From Clostridia bacterium (GTDB lineage Bacteria > Bacillota > Clostridia > TANB77 > CAG-508): DNA of 64,000 nt. The stretch covers positions 503 to 64,502 of the forward strand of contig JAFROW010000008.1 in assembly GCA_017429505.1 (NCBI GenBank), read 5' to 3'. A program made the translations under genes and the position numbers. The notes under the pieces were generated by a model. That model worked only from the letters and a program-made list of their open reading frames with translations, was not told where the DNA came from and ran no database searches. Positions 29,610 to 41,553 of the stretch are shown piece by piece (position 1 is the first letter of the stretch; each line of letters begins with the position of its first letter).

Positions 29610-30713
29610 TTAGTCACTATAATCGGTGTCTAATATCACAAAATAGCTATATTCTGAGTATTTTTCTTTAATTTCTTTTACAACTTCATCCTTTATATTT
29701 TCTTTGTTATCTGCCTTAAAATCTATAATCAAATCAAAAGAAACAGTTTTTGTTTCTTCATCAACATAAAATCCATGCATTTGCAATATTTCAGGATATT
29801 TTCGAATGATTTTGGTAAGTTCACTTTTTATTTGTACATAATGCTCTTCACTGGTATTTGAGGCATAAATTCCAATTGTTAAAACTATTCCAAGTTCTTC
29901 ATATATGTAGAGTTGAATTTTTCTTGTTAATTTATGTATTTCTTTTGCTGTCATATTATCATCTACTTGAATATGAATTGAACCCATTATTTGTGATGGT
30001 CCATAATTGTGAAGTGTTATATCATATACTCCTTGAACTTCTTCAAATTCATTTACTTTTTCTCTTAGTTTTTGAGTAAGTTCACTATCTGCTCTTGCCC
30101 CAATTATACTATTTAATGTTTCTTTCATTATTTCAAAACTAGATTTTACAATTATTACAGAAATTACAAAACCTAAATATCCTTCAAGACTTATTCCCCA
30201 TATTAAACTTATAACAGCTGCTACAAGTGTTGAAAATGATAAAACTGCATCCATAAAAGCATCTGTTCCTGAAGCAATTAAGCTTTGTGAGTCAATTTTT
30301 TCTCCCACACTTTTTACATGTCTTCCCAAGAAAAATTTTACAATTACTGCAACTATAATTATTATAAGTGAAGCAATAGTATAATCTGCTTTTACAGGGT
30401 GAATTATTTTTTCAATAGACTCTTTACCTGATGTAACACCTGCAACTAGTACGATTACAGCAATTATTAAAGAAGCAAAATATTCTATTCTTCCATGACC
30501 ATAAGGATGCTCTTTATCAGGTCTTTTTCCTGCAAGTTTGGTTCCAATTATTGTAATTATTGAGGAAATTGCATCACTTAAGTTATTTACTGCATCTAAA
30601 ATAATTGCTATAGAATTTACTATAACTCCTACAATTGCTTTAAATATTACGAGTATGATATTTACAATTATTCCTTGTATACTTGTTTTTATAATAATTT
30701 TATTTCTTTCCAT
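29610..30713 (-). CDS. Cation diffusion facilitator family transporter
   Basis: DAVNNLSD, PDKEHPYGHGRIEY, HNYG. Confidence 0.93.
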   Translation of the reverse strand: MERNKIIIKTSIQGIIVNIILVIFKAIVGVIVNSIAIILDAVNNLSDAISSIITIIGTKLAGKRPDKEHPYGHGRIEYFASLIIAVIVLVAGVTSGKESIEKIIHPVKADYTIASLIIIIVAVIVKFFLGRHVKSVGEKIDSQSLIASGTDAFMDAVLSFSTLVAAVISLIWGISLEGYLGFVISVIIVKSSFEIMKETLNSIIGARADSELTQKLREKVNEFEEVQGVYDITLHNYGPSQIMGSIHIQVDDNMTAKEIHKLTRKIQLYIYEELGIVLTIGIYASNTSEEHYVQIKSELTKIIRKYPEILQMHGFYVDEETKTVSFDLIIDFKADNKENIKDEVVKEIKEKYSEYSYFVILDTDYSD

Positions 30714-30794
30714 GTTTTCCTCCTATTTTCCTAATCTATCTTGTTTTACCTTTTTCAATCAATTTTATCATTTTTCTTTTTAAGAATCAAGAAA

Positions 30795-30826
30795 TAACGC
30801 AAATCTTTTTTGAGATTCGCGTTTTT
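30795..30826 (-). terminator. groESL terminator
   Basis: AACGCAAATCT...AGATTCGCGTT imperfect stem after the groEL stop. Confidence 0.6.
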
Positions 30827-30870
30827 CCATATTAAATATTATTATACTACTAATTATAATAATAAATTTA

Positions 30871-32529
<1,659 letters not shown>

Positions 32530-32736
32530 TTATTGAGCTACTTGCCATTCTTTTATATCTTTTATAGCAAATGCTCTTTGTGCATCCTTTTCAATATCAA
32601 TTGCATTTAATATCTATTGTTCTTCTAGATGCCACTTAGTTGATTTAAATTCTATAGATATAGGTTCTATTAATCTATATCTTGTTTCATTTTTCCAATT
32701 TGTATATAGTATTTTTATTTTTTTCTTATCTTTCAT
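32530..32736 (-). pseudogene. Decayed stand-alone WYL-like small protein gene between groES and groEL
   Basis: Reconstructs as MKDKKKIKILYTNWKNETRYRLIEPISIEFKSTKWHLEEQ*ILNAIDIEKDAQRAFAIKDIKEWQVAQ, allowing two A-run indels and one in-frame TAG. Confidence 0.7.
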
Positions 32737-32793
32737 TTTTGCCACTTTCTATTCTATTTAAATAAATCAAATAAAAGTAGTGTTAGACAAAAT

Positions 32794-33078
<285 letters not shown>

Positions 33079-33125
33079 TCATTCCTCCTTTTAAGTTTTA
33101 ATTTTAAAAAGAATGCTTTGTACTT

Positions 33126-33152
33126 TTAGCACTCTTAACTTTTAACTGCTAA
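33126..33152 (-). promoter_or_regulatory. CIRCE element (HrcA operator)
   Basis: TTAGCAGTT-N9-GAGTGCTAA on the minus strand, 2 mismatches to consensus. Confidence 0.9.
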
Positions 33153-33154
33153 TA

Positions 33155-33183
33155 ATAATATACCCATTTTTATAAAATGTCAA
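33155..33183 (-). promoter_or_regulatory. Sigma-A promoter of groESL
   Basis: TTGACA-17-TATTAT immediately upstream of CIRCE. Confidence 0.8.
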
Positions 33184-33482
33184 TACTTATTTTAAAATTT
33201 CACATTATTTTCACATTTTATTTTATTCTTATAATTGCTGATTATGAATAAAAAATTTTTCATCTTTTTTTTAGTTATATTTCAATATGAATTAGTCACT
33301 TTATTTTTAATTTTTTATTTCACTTTTATTTTTAATTTTTCACTTGACAATAATTCTAACTTATGGTATTATATTATTGCATTTGATTTAAATGCAACAA
33401 ATCTTTACAATCCCAGATTTATTAAATCAATTATTTATTTCTATAATTGCAATTCTATTTAAGAGGTAGAATTTAAGAGGAG

Positions 33483-34010
33483 GTGAAATTTATGACAAAC
33501 GATCAAAGAGACGAACTATTGATTTCTCTTTCAAAAGGACTTAATAATTTATTTATATCAAACGAAAAAAGAGATGAATTATTAAACTCTCTTTCAAAAA
33601 AATTTGATGATTTATATATATCAAATGAAAAAAGAGATGAATTATTAAACTCTCTTTCAAAGAAATTTGATAATTTACAAGAATCTTTAGATGACTTTAG
33701 AAAAGAAGTTAATGACAAATTTGATTATTTTGAAAAGAAATATGATAATAAAATTGATGTTGTTGACAAAAAAATCGATTCTGTTAAGATTGAACTCAAT
33801 GATAAAATCGATTCTGTTAATAATGATCTTAGTAATAAGATTCAACAAGTTGCAGAAGATTCAAAAAGAGACCTTAAGGAAGCTATAAAAACTAATAGTT
33901 TCGCTACATCTGAAATAATTCATGATATTTGGAAGCGTGAATCTGAAATGCAAAATCAACTTAATAAACATGACTCAGATATAGATGAACTAAAAGCTAA
34001 ATTGGCGTAA
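33483..34010 (+). CDS. Coiled-coil protein with 21-aa tandem repeats
   Basis: About 3 copies of RDELLxSLSK at 63-bp spacing; KIDxV heptads; SD GAGGAG; TTGACA promoter at 33344. Confidence 0.8.
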   Translation: MKFMTNDQRDELLISLSKGLNNLFISNEKRDELLNSLSKKFDDLYISNEKRDELLNSLSKKFDNLQESLDDFRKEVNDKFDYFEKKYDNKIDVVDKKIDSVKIELNDKIDSVNNDLSNKIQQVAEDSKRDLKEAIKTNSFATSEIIHDIWKRESEMQNQLNKHDSDIDELKAKLA

Positions 34011-34022
34011 AATAAAAGAAAA

Positions 34023-34060
34023 AAGAATTAGACTCTAGTTTTTACTAAAATCTAATTCTT
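34023..34060. terminator. Bidirectional terminator between convergent genes
   Basis: AAGAATTAGA...TCTAATTCTT. Confidence 0.65.
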
Positions 34061-34137
34061 ATTTCATATTTTGCAAATTATAAAATCTATATTTTTAACT
34101 AAAAGACATTTTTTCTTATTTGTTAAAGTAAAACATT

Positions 34138-34941
34138 CTATCTAAACAAATATAATCCAATTACAATTAAACCAATTACAACTCTATAAATTGCAAACCC
34201 TTTGAAACTTCCTTTTTTTAAGTAATCCATTAAAAATTTTATTACAAAAAATCCAACTATAAAACTTGTTAAAATTCCAATAAAGAATGATGCATCAAAA
34301 ACAAAGTGCTTTAAATCAAATACAACTGCTGCAAGTGTTATTGGAGTTGCTAGTAGAAAAGAATATTTTGCTGCACTTTCTCTGTCTACTCCTAAATATC
34401 TTGCTGTTGTCATTGTAATTCCTGAACGTGAAGTTCCAGGAAATGCTGCAGCTATTGCTTGTGAACAAGCAATCCATAAAGATTGTTTAAATGTAATATG
34501 TTCATAATTTGTTTTTGATTTTGATCTTTCATCAACAAGATAAAGTACAATACCTAAAACAATTAATGCAATTGCAATTAAAACCATCTCTAAATCTAAA
34601 TTGTCTCCTACAATTTTTTCAGCTATTTTATCTAATACTAAGCTTAATATTCCTGCAGGTATTGTAGATAGCACAATATACCAAAATATTTTTCCTTCTG
34701 TTGATGGCTTTTTCTTTATTGTTTGGTTATATCCACCCATTATTAGACCTAGCCAGTCTTTCCAAAAATATATTACTATTGCAAGTAATGTTCCTATATG
34801 TAATGCTACGTCAAATGATTCTGGCATTTGTTGCCATCCTAATACCCATGGAAATAAGTTAAGATGCCCAGAACTTGAAATTGGTAAAAACTCTGTTAAT
34901 CCTTGAACTATTCCTAAAATTATTGATTGTATTATTGTCAT
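34138..34941 (-). CDS. uppP: Undecaprenyl-diphosphate phosphatase
   Basis: QGLTEFLPISSSGHL, PGTSRSGIT, SFLLATP. Confidence 0.96.
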   Translation of the reverse strand: MTIIQSIILGIVQGLTEFLPISSSGHLNLFPWVLGWQQMPESFDVALHIGTLLAIVIYFWKDWLGLIMGGYNQTIKKKPSTEGKIFWYIVLSTIPAGILSLVLDKIAEKIVGDNLDLEMVLIAIALIVLGIVLYLVDERSKSKTNYEHITFKQSLWIACSQAIAAAFPGTSRSGITMTTARYLGVDRESAAKYSFLLATPITLAAVVFDLKHFVFDASFFIGILTSFIVGFFVIKFLMDYLKKGSFKGFAIYRVVIGLIVIGLYLFR

Positions 34942-35096
34942 TTTAATTCCTCCATTTCTTTCTTTTTCATTATATTACTTATTATTATTTTAATTCTTAT
35001 TATAATTAATTCCTTACTTGTTTCTCTAAAAGGTACACATAGCTATGAAATCTTTCAAACTATATTCCTTGTTAAATTTCCTATTAAGATTTATTG

Positions 35097-37433
35097 TTAT
35101 GTATTTGGCTTTGCAGTAAAATATCCTGGATTTGATGTTCCTCCATCAATGTGAGCATAGGTTTTGTCTATGTATGAATAATTATATCTTGTTCCTGATT
35201 GACCTACTAATTTAGTACATGCACTAAACATATTATCACTTTCAGTAACAAGAGTTGTATTCCAATTTCCACCATATATTGTTGTTAACTCTGAGCATCG
35301 AACAAACATATTTGACATATTAGTAACTTTTGATGTATTAAATCCACTTATATCTATTGTTGTTAATGCACTACATTCATAAAACACAGAATTCATATTT
35401 TCAACTTTTTGCGTATTAAACCCACTTAAATCAATGTTTGTAATTTTATCTGTTCCACGAAACATGGATTCCATATTCTTGACCTTCTCTGTATTAAAGC
35501 CACTTAAATCCAAGCTTGTAATTTTTTTTAAATCACGAAACATTCCACTCATATCTTCAACATTTGAAGTATCAAAATTATCTAACTCTAAACTAGATAA
35601 TTCTTTACAATTATAAAACATGTGACTCATATTAGTTACTTTTGATGTATTAAATCCACTTATATCTAATTCTGTAAGAGCTTTACATGAAGAAAACATA
35701 GAATTCATCTTTTCAACATTTGAAGTATTAAAATTGCTTAAATCTAATCCTGTTAATTTATAACAATTAGCAAACATACTATCCATGCCTTTTACATTTT
35801 CTGTTTTGAATTTACTTACATCTATAGTTGTTAAATTATTGCAATTACTAAACATTCCGCTCATACTATTTACATTTTGTGTATCAAATTCTGCTACATT
35901 TAAATTTGCTAGATTATAACAATCTAGAAACATAGCATTCATAGATGTTGCACTAGATGTATTAAATCCGCTAACATCTAAAGTTGTTATATTTCTACAT
36001 TTTCTAAACATACTAGAAAATCTTCTTACTTTTGATGTATCAAAACCACTCACATCTATCTCCGTTAAGCTACTACATCCATAAAACAAATAATACATTT
36101 CTTTTACATTTAAAGTATCAAAGTTACTTACATCTAATTTGGTTAAACTACCACAATTATGAAACATCTGATGCATACTTTCTACATTTGACGTATTAAA
36201 GTTACTTACATCTAGTTTTGTTAGGTTATAACAATTATAAAACATATTTTTCATATTTGTTACATTACTTGTATCTAATGTTTCTACTTCTATTTTTTCT
36301 ACTTTTGTTAATGTAGCATAAAACTCTTCACTATTTTCATTCAACTCTGGATTTTTATCTTTTGTATACCAATATATTGTTCCATTTGTATTATCAAACC
36401 ACATATAAATAGGAGTGTTCGAACCTTCTTGTTCAGAAGTAGATACTATATTTGAATCATTTTTATTTTCATCAGATATTTCTGTTGCTCTTTTTATTTC
36501 TATTATGTTTGTATCTTCCGTTTCGTAAGTTGCACCTTCTGTTCCCGCAAGTTGTTTCATTTTTGCATTTACTTCTTGTCCTGTTTTAAAAATTGCTCTT
36601 GGCTCTATTAGTGTTATAGGTTTTTGATTTGATTTATTATCTAAAGTAGACACTTTTATATCATAAGATTTGTATTCTAAATTATCAAGATGATATGCTT
36701 TTCCATCATTATATGTTGTTTCAGTAATACTGTTTGTAACATCTTTCCAAGAATTAGCTTCATGTTCTGAAATTAATACTCTAAATTTGCTAACATCAAA
36801 TTCATTATTTTGATTATCTACAAATTTCAAATTATAAATAAATAATTCTTTATAGTCACCTTGTTCTACGTCAAAATTTACTGTGTTTAGTTCATTATAA
36901 GAAACATTCATTAACCCAAAATCCTCTGCTGTATAATATTTTTCCCCATTATACAAAACACCATTAAATAATATAACTTGTCTTTCTGGAATATTTACAA
37001 GATAATCATATGCAAAATCAGTACCTAGCTTATTTTTCAAAAATTCTGCAGATAAAAACCTGAAATCCCCAGCTGTAGCTGTATATCCTTTTTCTTGAAT
37101 ATCTTGAATGGTACTGTTTAGTTTTGTCCCATCACAAGAAGAATCGCTCGTTGGTACTCCATACTGTGCAATAAATAGTTGTTGCTTGCCATCTAAAACA
37201 TCTTCTTCTGTTTCTCCTTCTGGTATTTCATCTTCTTTAACCTCAATTTTTCTATACTCATTATACCAAGTATTTACATTTGCTTGCATTATTTGCATTT
37301 CAGCTTTTGCTTTGTTATAATTTGTATATCTTATTGTTCCTACTCCAGAGTATGTTGCTATAGAAGCTAAAATAATTAAAACAATTATCATTATTACCAA
37401 AGATGTAAGCGTAATACCTTTTTCATTTTTCAT
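35097..37433 (-). CDS. Type IV pilin-like N-terminus fused to BspA/DUF285 leucine-rich repeats
   Basis: MKNEKG|ITLTSLVIMIIVLIILA class-III-like leader; about 13 repeats of ~26 aa (LDxSxFxTSxVxxMxxMFxxC); GYFT terminus. Confidence 0.88.
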   Translation of the reverse strand: MKNEKGITLTSLVIMIIVLIILASIATYSGVGTIRYTNYNKAKAEMQIMQANVNTWYNEYRKIEVKEDEIPEGETEEDVLDGKQQLFIAQYGVPTSDSSCDGTKLNSTIQDIQEKGYTATAGDFRFLSAEFLKNKLGTDFAYDYLVNIPERQVILFNGVLYNGEKYYTAEDFGLMNVSYNELNTVNFDVEQGDYKELFIYNLKFVDNQNNEFDVSKFRVLISEHEANSWKDVTNSITETTYNDGKAYHLDNLEYKSYDIKVSTLDNKSNQKPITLIEPRAIFKTGQEVNAKMKQLAGTEGATYETEDTNIIEIKRATEISDENKNDSNIVSTSEQEGSNTPIYMWFDNTNGTIYWYTKDKNPELNENSEEFYATLTKVEKIEVETLDTSNVTNMKNMFYNCYNLTKLDVSNFNTSNVESMHQMFHNCGSLTKLDVSNFDTLNVKEMYYLFYGCSSLTEIDVSGFDTSKVRRFSSMFRKCRNITTLDVSGFNTSSATSMNAMFLDCYNLANLNVAEFDTQNVNSMSGMFSNCNNLTTIDVSKFKTENVKGMDSMFANCYKLTGLDLSNFNTSNVEKMNSMFSSCKALTELDISGFNTSKVTNMSHMFYNCKELSSLELDNFDTSNVEDMSGMFRDLKKITSLDLSGFNTEKVKNMESMFRGTDKITNIDLSGFNTQKVENMNSVFYECSALTTIDISGFNTSKVTNMSNMFVRCSELTTIYGGNWNTTLVTESDNMFSACTKLVGQSGTRYNYSYIDKTYAHIDGGTSNPGYFTAKPNT

Positions 37434-37442
37434 CTTTTTTCT

Positions 37443-39341
37443 TTATCCTTTCATCATCTTTTCCAAAACTATAATAAACATAGCATGGCTCCATCCAAGT
37501 CCTATAACCCAATTAGGTTGTAAAGTCTCGTTATTTACTTGTTCTCCTAGAAAGCTATGTAATCCTGCTGTTTTTACAACAAAATCAAACGTTTCTTTAG
37601 CCTTTTTATTTTCTCCTTTTGATAAATAATATAGAGTCATCCAACAATTTGCGATAGGCCATGGATTTCCATTCATATAGTGATCTTCTTCAAATCTTTT
37701 ATATCCACCTGTATAAGTTCTTAAACTCATATTTATTCTTTCTATTGTGTTTTCTACTTTCTTTTCGTTTGGAGTAAACACATTATACGGTACAACAGAT
37801 CCTAAAATGCTAATATCCATTTTTTTGTCTTCTATATTTCTTACAAAGCATTTCTTTTCATCATCATACATTTTTTCTTCGATATATAATTTTAGGTCTT
37901 TTCTAAGTTTTTCAACTTCTACTTTTGATTTAGAAATTTTTTCATCTTTAAGTCTGTTGTTTTCAAAATTTGATACATTTTTTCCAAGAACATTATAGAT
38001 TTCTAACATTGAATCAAATGCTGAATAAATACTTGATAAACTGTACATATGAGTTCCTTCACACATTTCCCATAAATCATAACTAACATGATATTTATGT
38101 GTTTCTTCTAGCAAATCTTTTACATATCTTTTTAAGAAATCTAATGCTTTTTCACACATTGGAAGATTTTCTTTTAAAAACTTAAAATTGTTTGTGTATT
38201 TATAGTGTGTATAAACTCCATAAATTACAGAAGCTGTTTCGTCAATTTGATATCCCCAAGAAGGTGCAAATTTTCCATCTGAAAAGAATCTTTGTTCCCA
38301 CATTCCGTTTTTGCTTTGTGTCATTTTACAAAATATTTTATAAAATTTTTCGGTTTCTTTTTCCATTTTTAAAATATCCATTGCTCTGGTTATAAAAGCT
38401 GCATCTCTTGGCCAACAATAGGCATATCTGCCACATTTTGTAAAATCTTCATCTATTTCTGGTGATGCAATAATTCCACCTGTATCATGATTTGTAAGTA
38501 ATGGAAATAGTAAGATACTTCTATAGTATATTTGTTGCAATTTTTCTTCATAGCTGTTTTCAGGTTCTTTAAATTCTAGTCCATCATGTGTTTTTACATA
38601 TTTTCTCCAATAACTTTTTGTTTTTGCATATTCTGAATTAATATCTATTCTTCTAATTCTTTCTATCTCTTTTTCAAAATCTGCCATATTGCTTGGATGA
38701 GCTTGCAAAACTACACATAATTCAAAAGTTTTCTTTTCATTTGGCTTAATATTTCCAATTTCATAAGCAATACTTGAATCATTTGACATTCCTATATAGT
38801 CTTTGTCATAGATATTTGTTGACTTTATAGTATTCTTGCTTCCATTTATTTGATGGTCACAAATTTTTCTTTCTTGACTTATGGTAGATACCATAAAATC
38901 ATGTGCATATTGCACCATTCCATAGTCTGTAACCATGCATCCAACATGATTATTTCTATCTGATAAAATTTCTGAATGAACAAAAAATTTCAAATTTAAG
39001 TCTAAGTGATTTTCATTTATAATTGTGTATTTTCTAATTAATACATTTTCTTTGATTGGTACAAAATCAGTCTGTAAAATTTTCAGATTAAAATATGTAT
39101 TTGTTATTTCTGTATTTAAAATATTTGTATTTACATCATAAAACTGTTTATACACATTATTTATATCATCATGTAAATAAATTAAATCAGAGTCATTAAC
39201 TTTTACTCCTATATTATAAAAACTAATATATTGTCTATTATCTTTTGTTGGATAATACATCCTTTGCATATTTCCTCGTCTTGTAAATGTTACTAATATT
39301 TCCTTATTACCAATTAATGCTTCATTTAAGTACTTCTCCAT
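37443..39341 (-). CDS. Glycoside hydrolase family 15 (glucoamylase-like)
   Basis: IIASP, YAYCWPRD, QIDET, YDLWE, LGEQ, LGWSHA. Confidence 0.92.
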   Translation of the reverse strand: MEKYLNEALIGNKEILVTFTRRGNMQRMYYPTKDNRQYISFYNIGVKVNDSDLIYLHDDINNVYKQFYDVNTNILNTEITNTYFNLKILQTDFVPIKENVLIRKYTIINENHLDLNLKFFVHSEILSDRNNHVGCMVTDYGMVQYAHDFMVSTISQERKICDHQINGSKNTIKSTNIYDKDYIGMSNDSSIAYEIGNIKPNEKKTFELCVVLQAHPSNMADFEKEIERIRRIDINSEYAKTKSYWRKYVKTHDGLEFKEPENSYEEKLQQIYYRSILLFPLLTNHDTGGIIASPEIDEDFTKCGRYAYCWPRDAAFITRAMDILKMEKETEKFYKIFCKMTQSKNGMWEQRFFSDGKFAPSWGYQIDETASVIYGVYTHYKYTNNFKFLKENLPMCEKALDFLKRYVKDLLEETHKYHVSYDLWEMCEGTHMYSLSSIYSAFDSMLEIYNVLGKNVSNFENNRLKDEKISKSKVEVEKLRKDLKLYIEEKMYDDEKKCFVRNIEDKKMDISILGSVVPYNVFTPNEKKVENTIERINMSLRTYTGGYKRFEEDHYMNGNPWPIANCWMTLYYLSKGENKKAKETFDFVVKTAGLHSFLGEQVNNETLQPNWVIGLGWSHAMFIIVLEKMMKG

Positions 39342-39433
39342 TTTTTTCTTTCCTTTCGTTAAAATAATATCATTTAAATTATAATTCTTCTTAAGTTTAC
39401 CATATTTGGTTTACAATATTTTGTTTACATAAT

Positions 39434-39462
39434 TTGACAAATTATGTAATTTGTGTTATAAT
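39434..39462 (+). promoter_or_regulatory. Consensus sigma-A promoter with no downstream ORF
   Basis: TTGACA-17-TATAAT with extended TG. Confidence 0.75.
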
Positions 39463-39468
39463 AATAAT

Positions 39469-39535
39469 AGCATAACTATTATGCAAAATCCATATCTTTT
39501 GTTACCCCCCATATATAAATATGGGGGATTTTTTT
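39469..39535 (+). ncRNA. Candidate ~65-nt small RNA
   Basis: Lies between a perfect promoter and a CCCCCATAT/ATATGGGGG-T7 terminator; 5' hairpin GCATAA..TTATGC. Confidence 0.55.
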
Positions 39536-39614
39536 CAGAGCAACAAGACCTAAGTCCATTTTATAATTTGTGCGTTTCAAATAGTAACTAGCATATGAGG
39601 CGAATCCACTTTTC

Positions 39615-41513
39615 TTATTCAAAAAATTTCTTAAATTCCTCTGCATTTATTTTTTCCGTAGCTAAAAGTCTTTGTGCTATTGCATCTAATTTATCATAAT
39701 GTTCTCTTAAAATTGTTTGTGCATCATTGTAAGCAGTATCTAGTAATTGTTTAATTTCTTTACCAATTTTGTCTCCCATATTTAGTCCAAACATTTCTAA
39801 CTGATAATCCCCATTCTCATCTTTTAAAGAAATTGTTCCAATTGTTTTATTCATACCATATTTAATTACCATATCTCTTGCAATTTGTGTTGCAACTTCT
39901 ATATCATTACTTGCACCTGTAGAAATTTCGTTTAATGCTACTTGTTCTGCGGCACGTCCTCCAAGTAATGCAATAAGCTTTTCTTCCATCTCTGTTTTTG
40001 ATATATATGACTTGTCTTCGTCATTTTTGTACATTGTGTATCCACCAGCCATACCACGAGGCACAATAGAGATTTCTTTAACTTCTGTTTGTGTTGGCAA
40101 ATACCAACTTACAACTGCATGTCCTGCTTCATGATATGCAGTAATTTTTTTCTCTTTGTCTGAAATAACTCTATTTTTCTTTTCAAGTCCAACTGTTACT
40201 TTTTTAACAGCTTCTTCTACATCCATTTGCTCAATTACTTGATGTTCATTTTTTGTCGCTATAATTGCTGCTTCATTTAAAATATTTGCAAGTTCTGCTC
40301 CTGTAAATCCTGCTGTATCTTCTGCAATACTTTTAAATGTAATATCTTCTGCAAATTTCTTGTCTTTTGCATGAATTTTTAAAATTTCTTCTCTTCCTCT
40401 TAAATCAGGTGTTGGAACTACTATTTGTCTATCAAACCTTCCCGGTCTTAGCAAAGCTTTATCTAGCATTTCTGGTCTATTAGTTGCAGCCAAAACTATA
40501 ATTGTTTCTTCTGAAGAAAACCCATCCATTTCTACTAATAATTGGTTTAATGTTTGATTATTTTCAGATTCTGCTCCACTTGCATTTGTTCTTCTTGAAC
40601 CTATAGCATCAATCTCATCTATAAATACTATACAAGGCTCTAGCTTTCTAGCTCTATCAAAAAGCTTTCTAACTCTTGAAGCTCCAAGTCCTGCAAACAT
40701 CTCTATAAATTCAGAACCACTCATAGAAATAAAAGGAACATTTGCTTCTCCTGCAATAGCTTTAGCAATTAATGTTTTTCCTGTTCCTGGTTTTCCATAA
40801 AGTAAAATCCCCTTTGGAATTTTTGCTCCCATTTGAGTATATCTTTTAGGATTTTTTAAAAAGTCTACTATTTCTATAAGCTCGCCTTTTTCTTCATTAA
40901 GTCCTGCAACATCTTCAAATTTAACTTTTATTTTTCTTTCTGTATCATCATAAACTTCGCCTTTTTCTGTTAAACCTTGCATTTTAAATATCATAATAAA
41001 TAATGCAAGCATTATAAATGTTGGTAAAAGTGAAAAAATGTATGATGGAAGTTTTGTTAAAAAGCTTGGTGTTTTTTGGATTAATTCTATATCATTTTCC
41101 TTTGCAACTTCATCTTGAATTAACCCTATAAAACTTTCTGTATTTGGAACTATTGTTGTTTTTACAAGCTTTTCTTCCATTTGAGTCTCTTCTTCACTTT
41201 TTTGTGTAACAAACAAATCTTTTATGCTTTTTGATTGTTCCTCTTTTTTTTCTTTATATTCTATACCATCTTTTACAATATTACCTTTTTCATCTATTTC
41301 TTTTTTTAGAGTAACTTTTACTGTTGTACTTCCTGTTGTCATCTCAACTTTCGCAATATTTTGACTCGCTATTTGTTTTATTAAATCTGTATATGGCAAT
41401 ACTTTATCTTCTTGCTTTTTTCCTGAATTAGTCGTAAGTAATACCACAGCCAAAAATACAATTGCCAAAATCAAAATTAATACTGCTATGCCTAATCCTT
41501 TATTCTTTTTCAT
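39615..41513 (-). CDS. ftsH: ATP-dependent zinc metalloprotease FtsH
   Basis: Two TM segments, GKPGTGKT, FIDEIDA, RPGRFDR, HEAGH. Confidence 0.97.
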   Translation of the reverse strand: MKKNKGLGIAVLILILAIVFLAVVLLTTNSGKKQEDKVLPYTDLIKQIASQNIAKVEMTTGSTTVKVTLKKEIDEKGNIVKDGIEYKEKKEEQSKSIKDLFVTQKSEEETQMEEKLVKTTIVPNTESFIGLIQDEVAKENDIELIQKTPSFLTKLPSYIFSLLPTFIMLALFIMIFKMQGLTEKGEVYDDTERKIKVKFEDVAGLNEEKGELIEIVDFLKNPKRYTQMGAKIPKGILLYGKPGTGKTLIAKAIAGEANVPFISMSGSEFIEMFAGLGASRVRKLFDRARKLEPCIVFIDEIDAIGSRRTNASGAESENNQTLNQLLVEMDGFSSEETIIVLAATNRPEMLDKALLRPGRFDRQIVVPTPDLRGREEILKIHAKDKKFAEDITFKSIAEDTAGFTGAELANILNEAAIIATKNEHQVIEQMDVEEAVKKVTVGLEKKNRVISDKEKKITAYHEAGHAVVSWYLPTQTEVKEISIVPRGMAGGYTMYKNDEDKSYISKTEMEEKLIALLGGRAAEQVALNEISTGASNDIEVATQIARDMVIKYGMNKTIGTISLKDENGDYQLEMFGLNMGDKIGKEIKQLLDTAYNDAQTILREHYDKLDAIAQRLLATEKINAEEFKKFFE

Positions 41514-41553
41514 TATTTAAATCATTCCTTTCTCTATATCTTTAATCCAATCA

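Noticed and set aside
35290-36280. 78-bp periodic DNA repeats
   Set aside because: Fully explained by the protein-coding DUF285 repeats.
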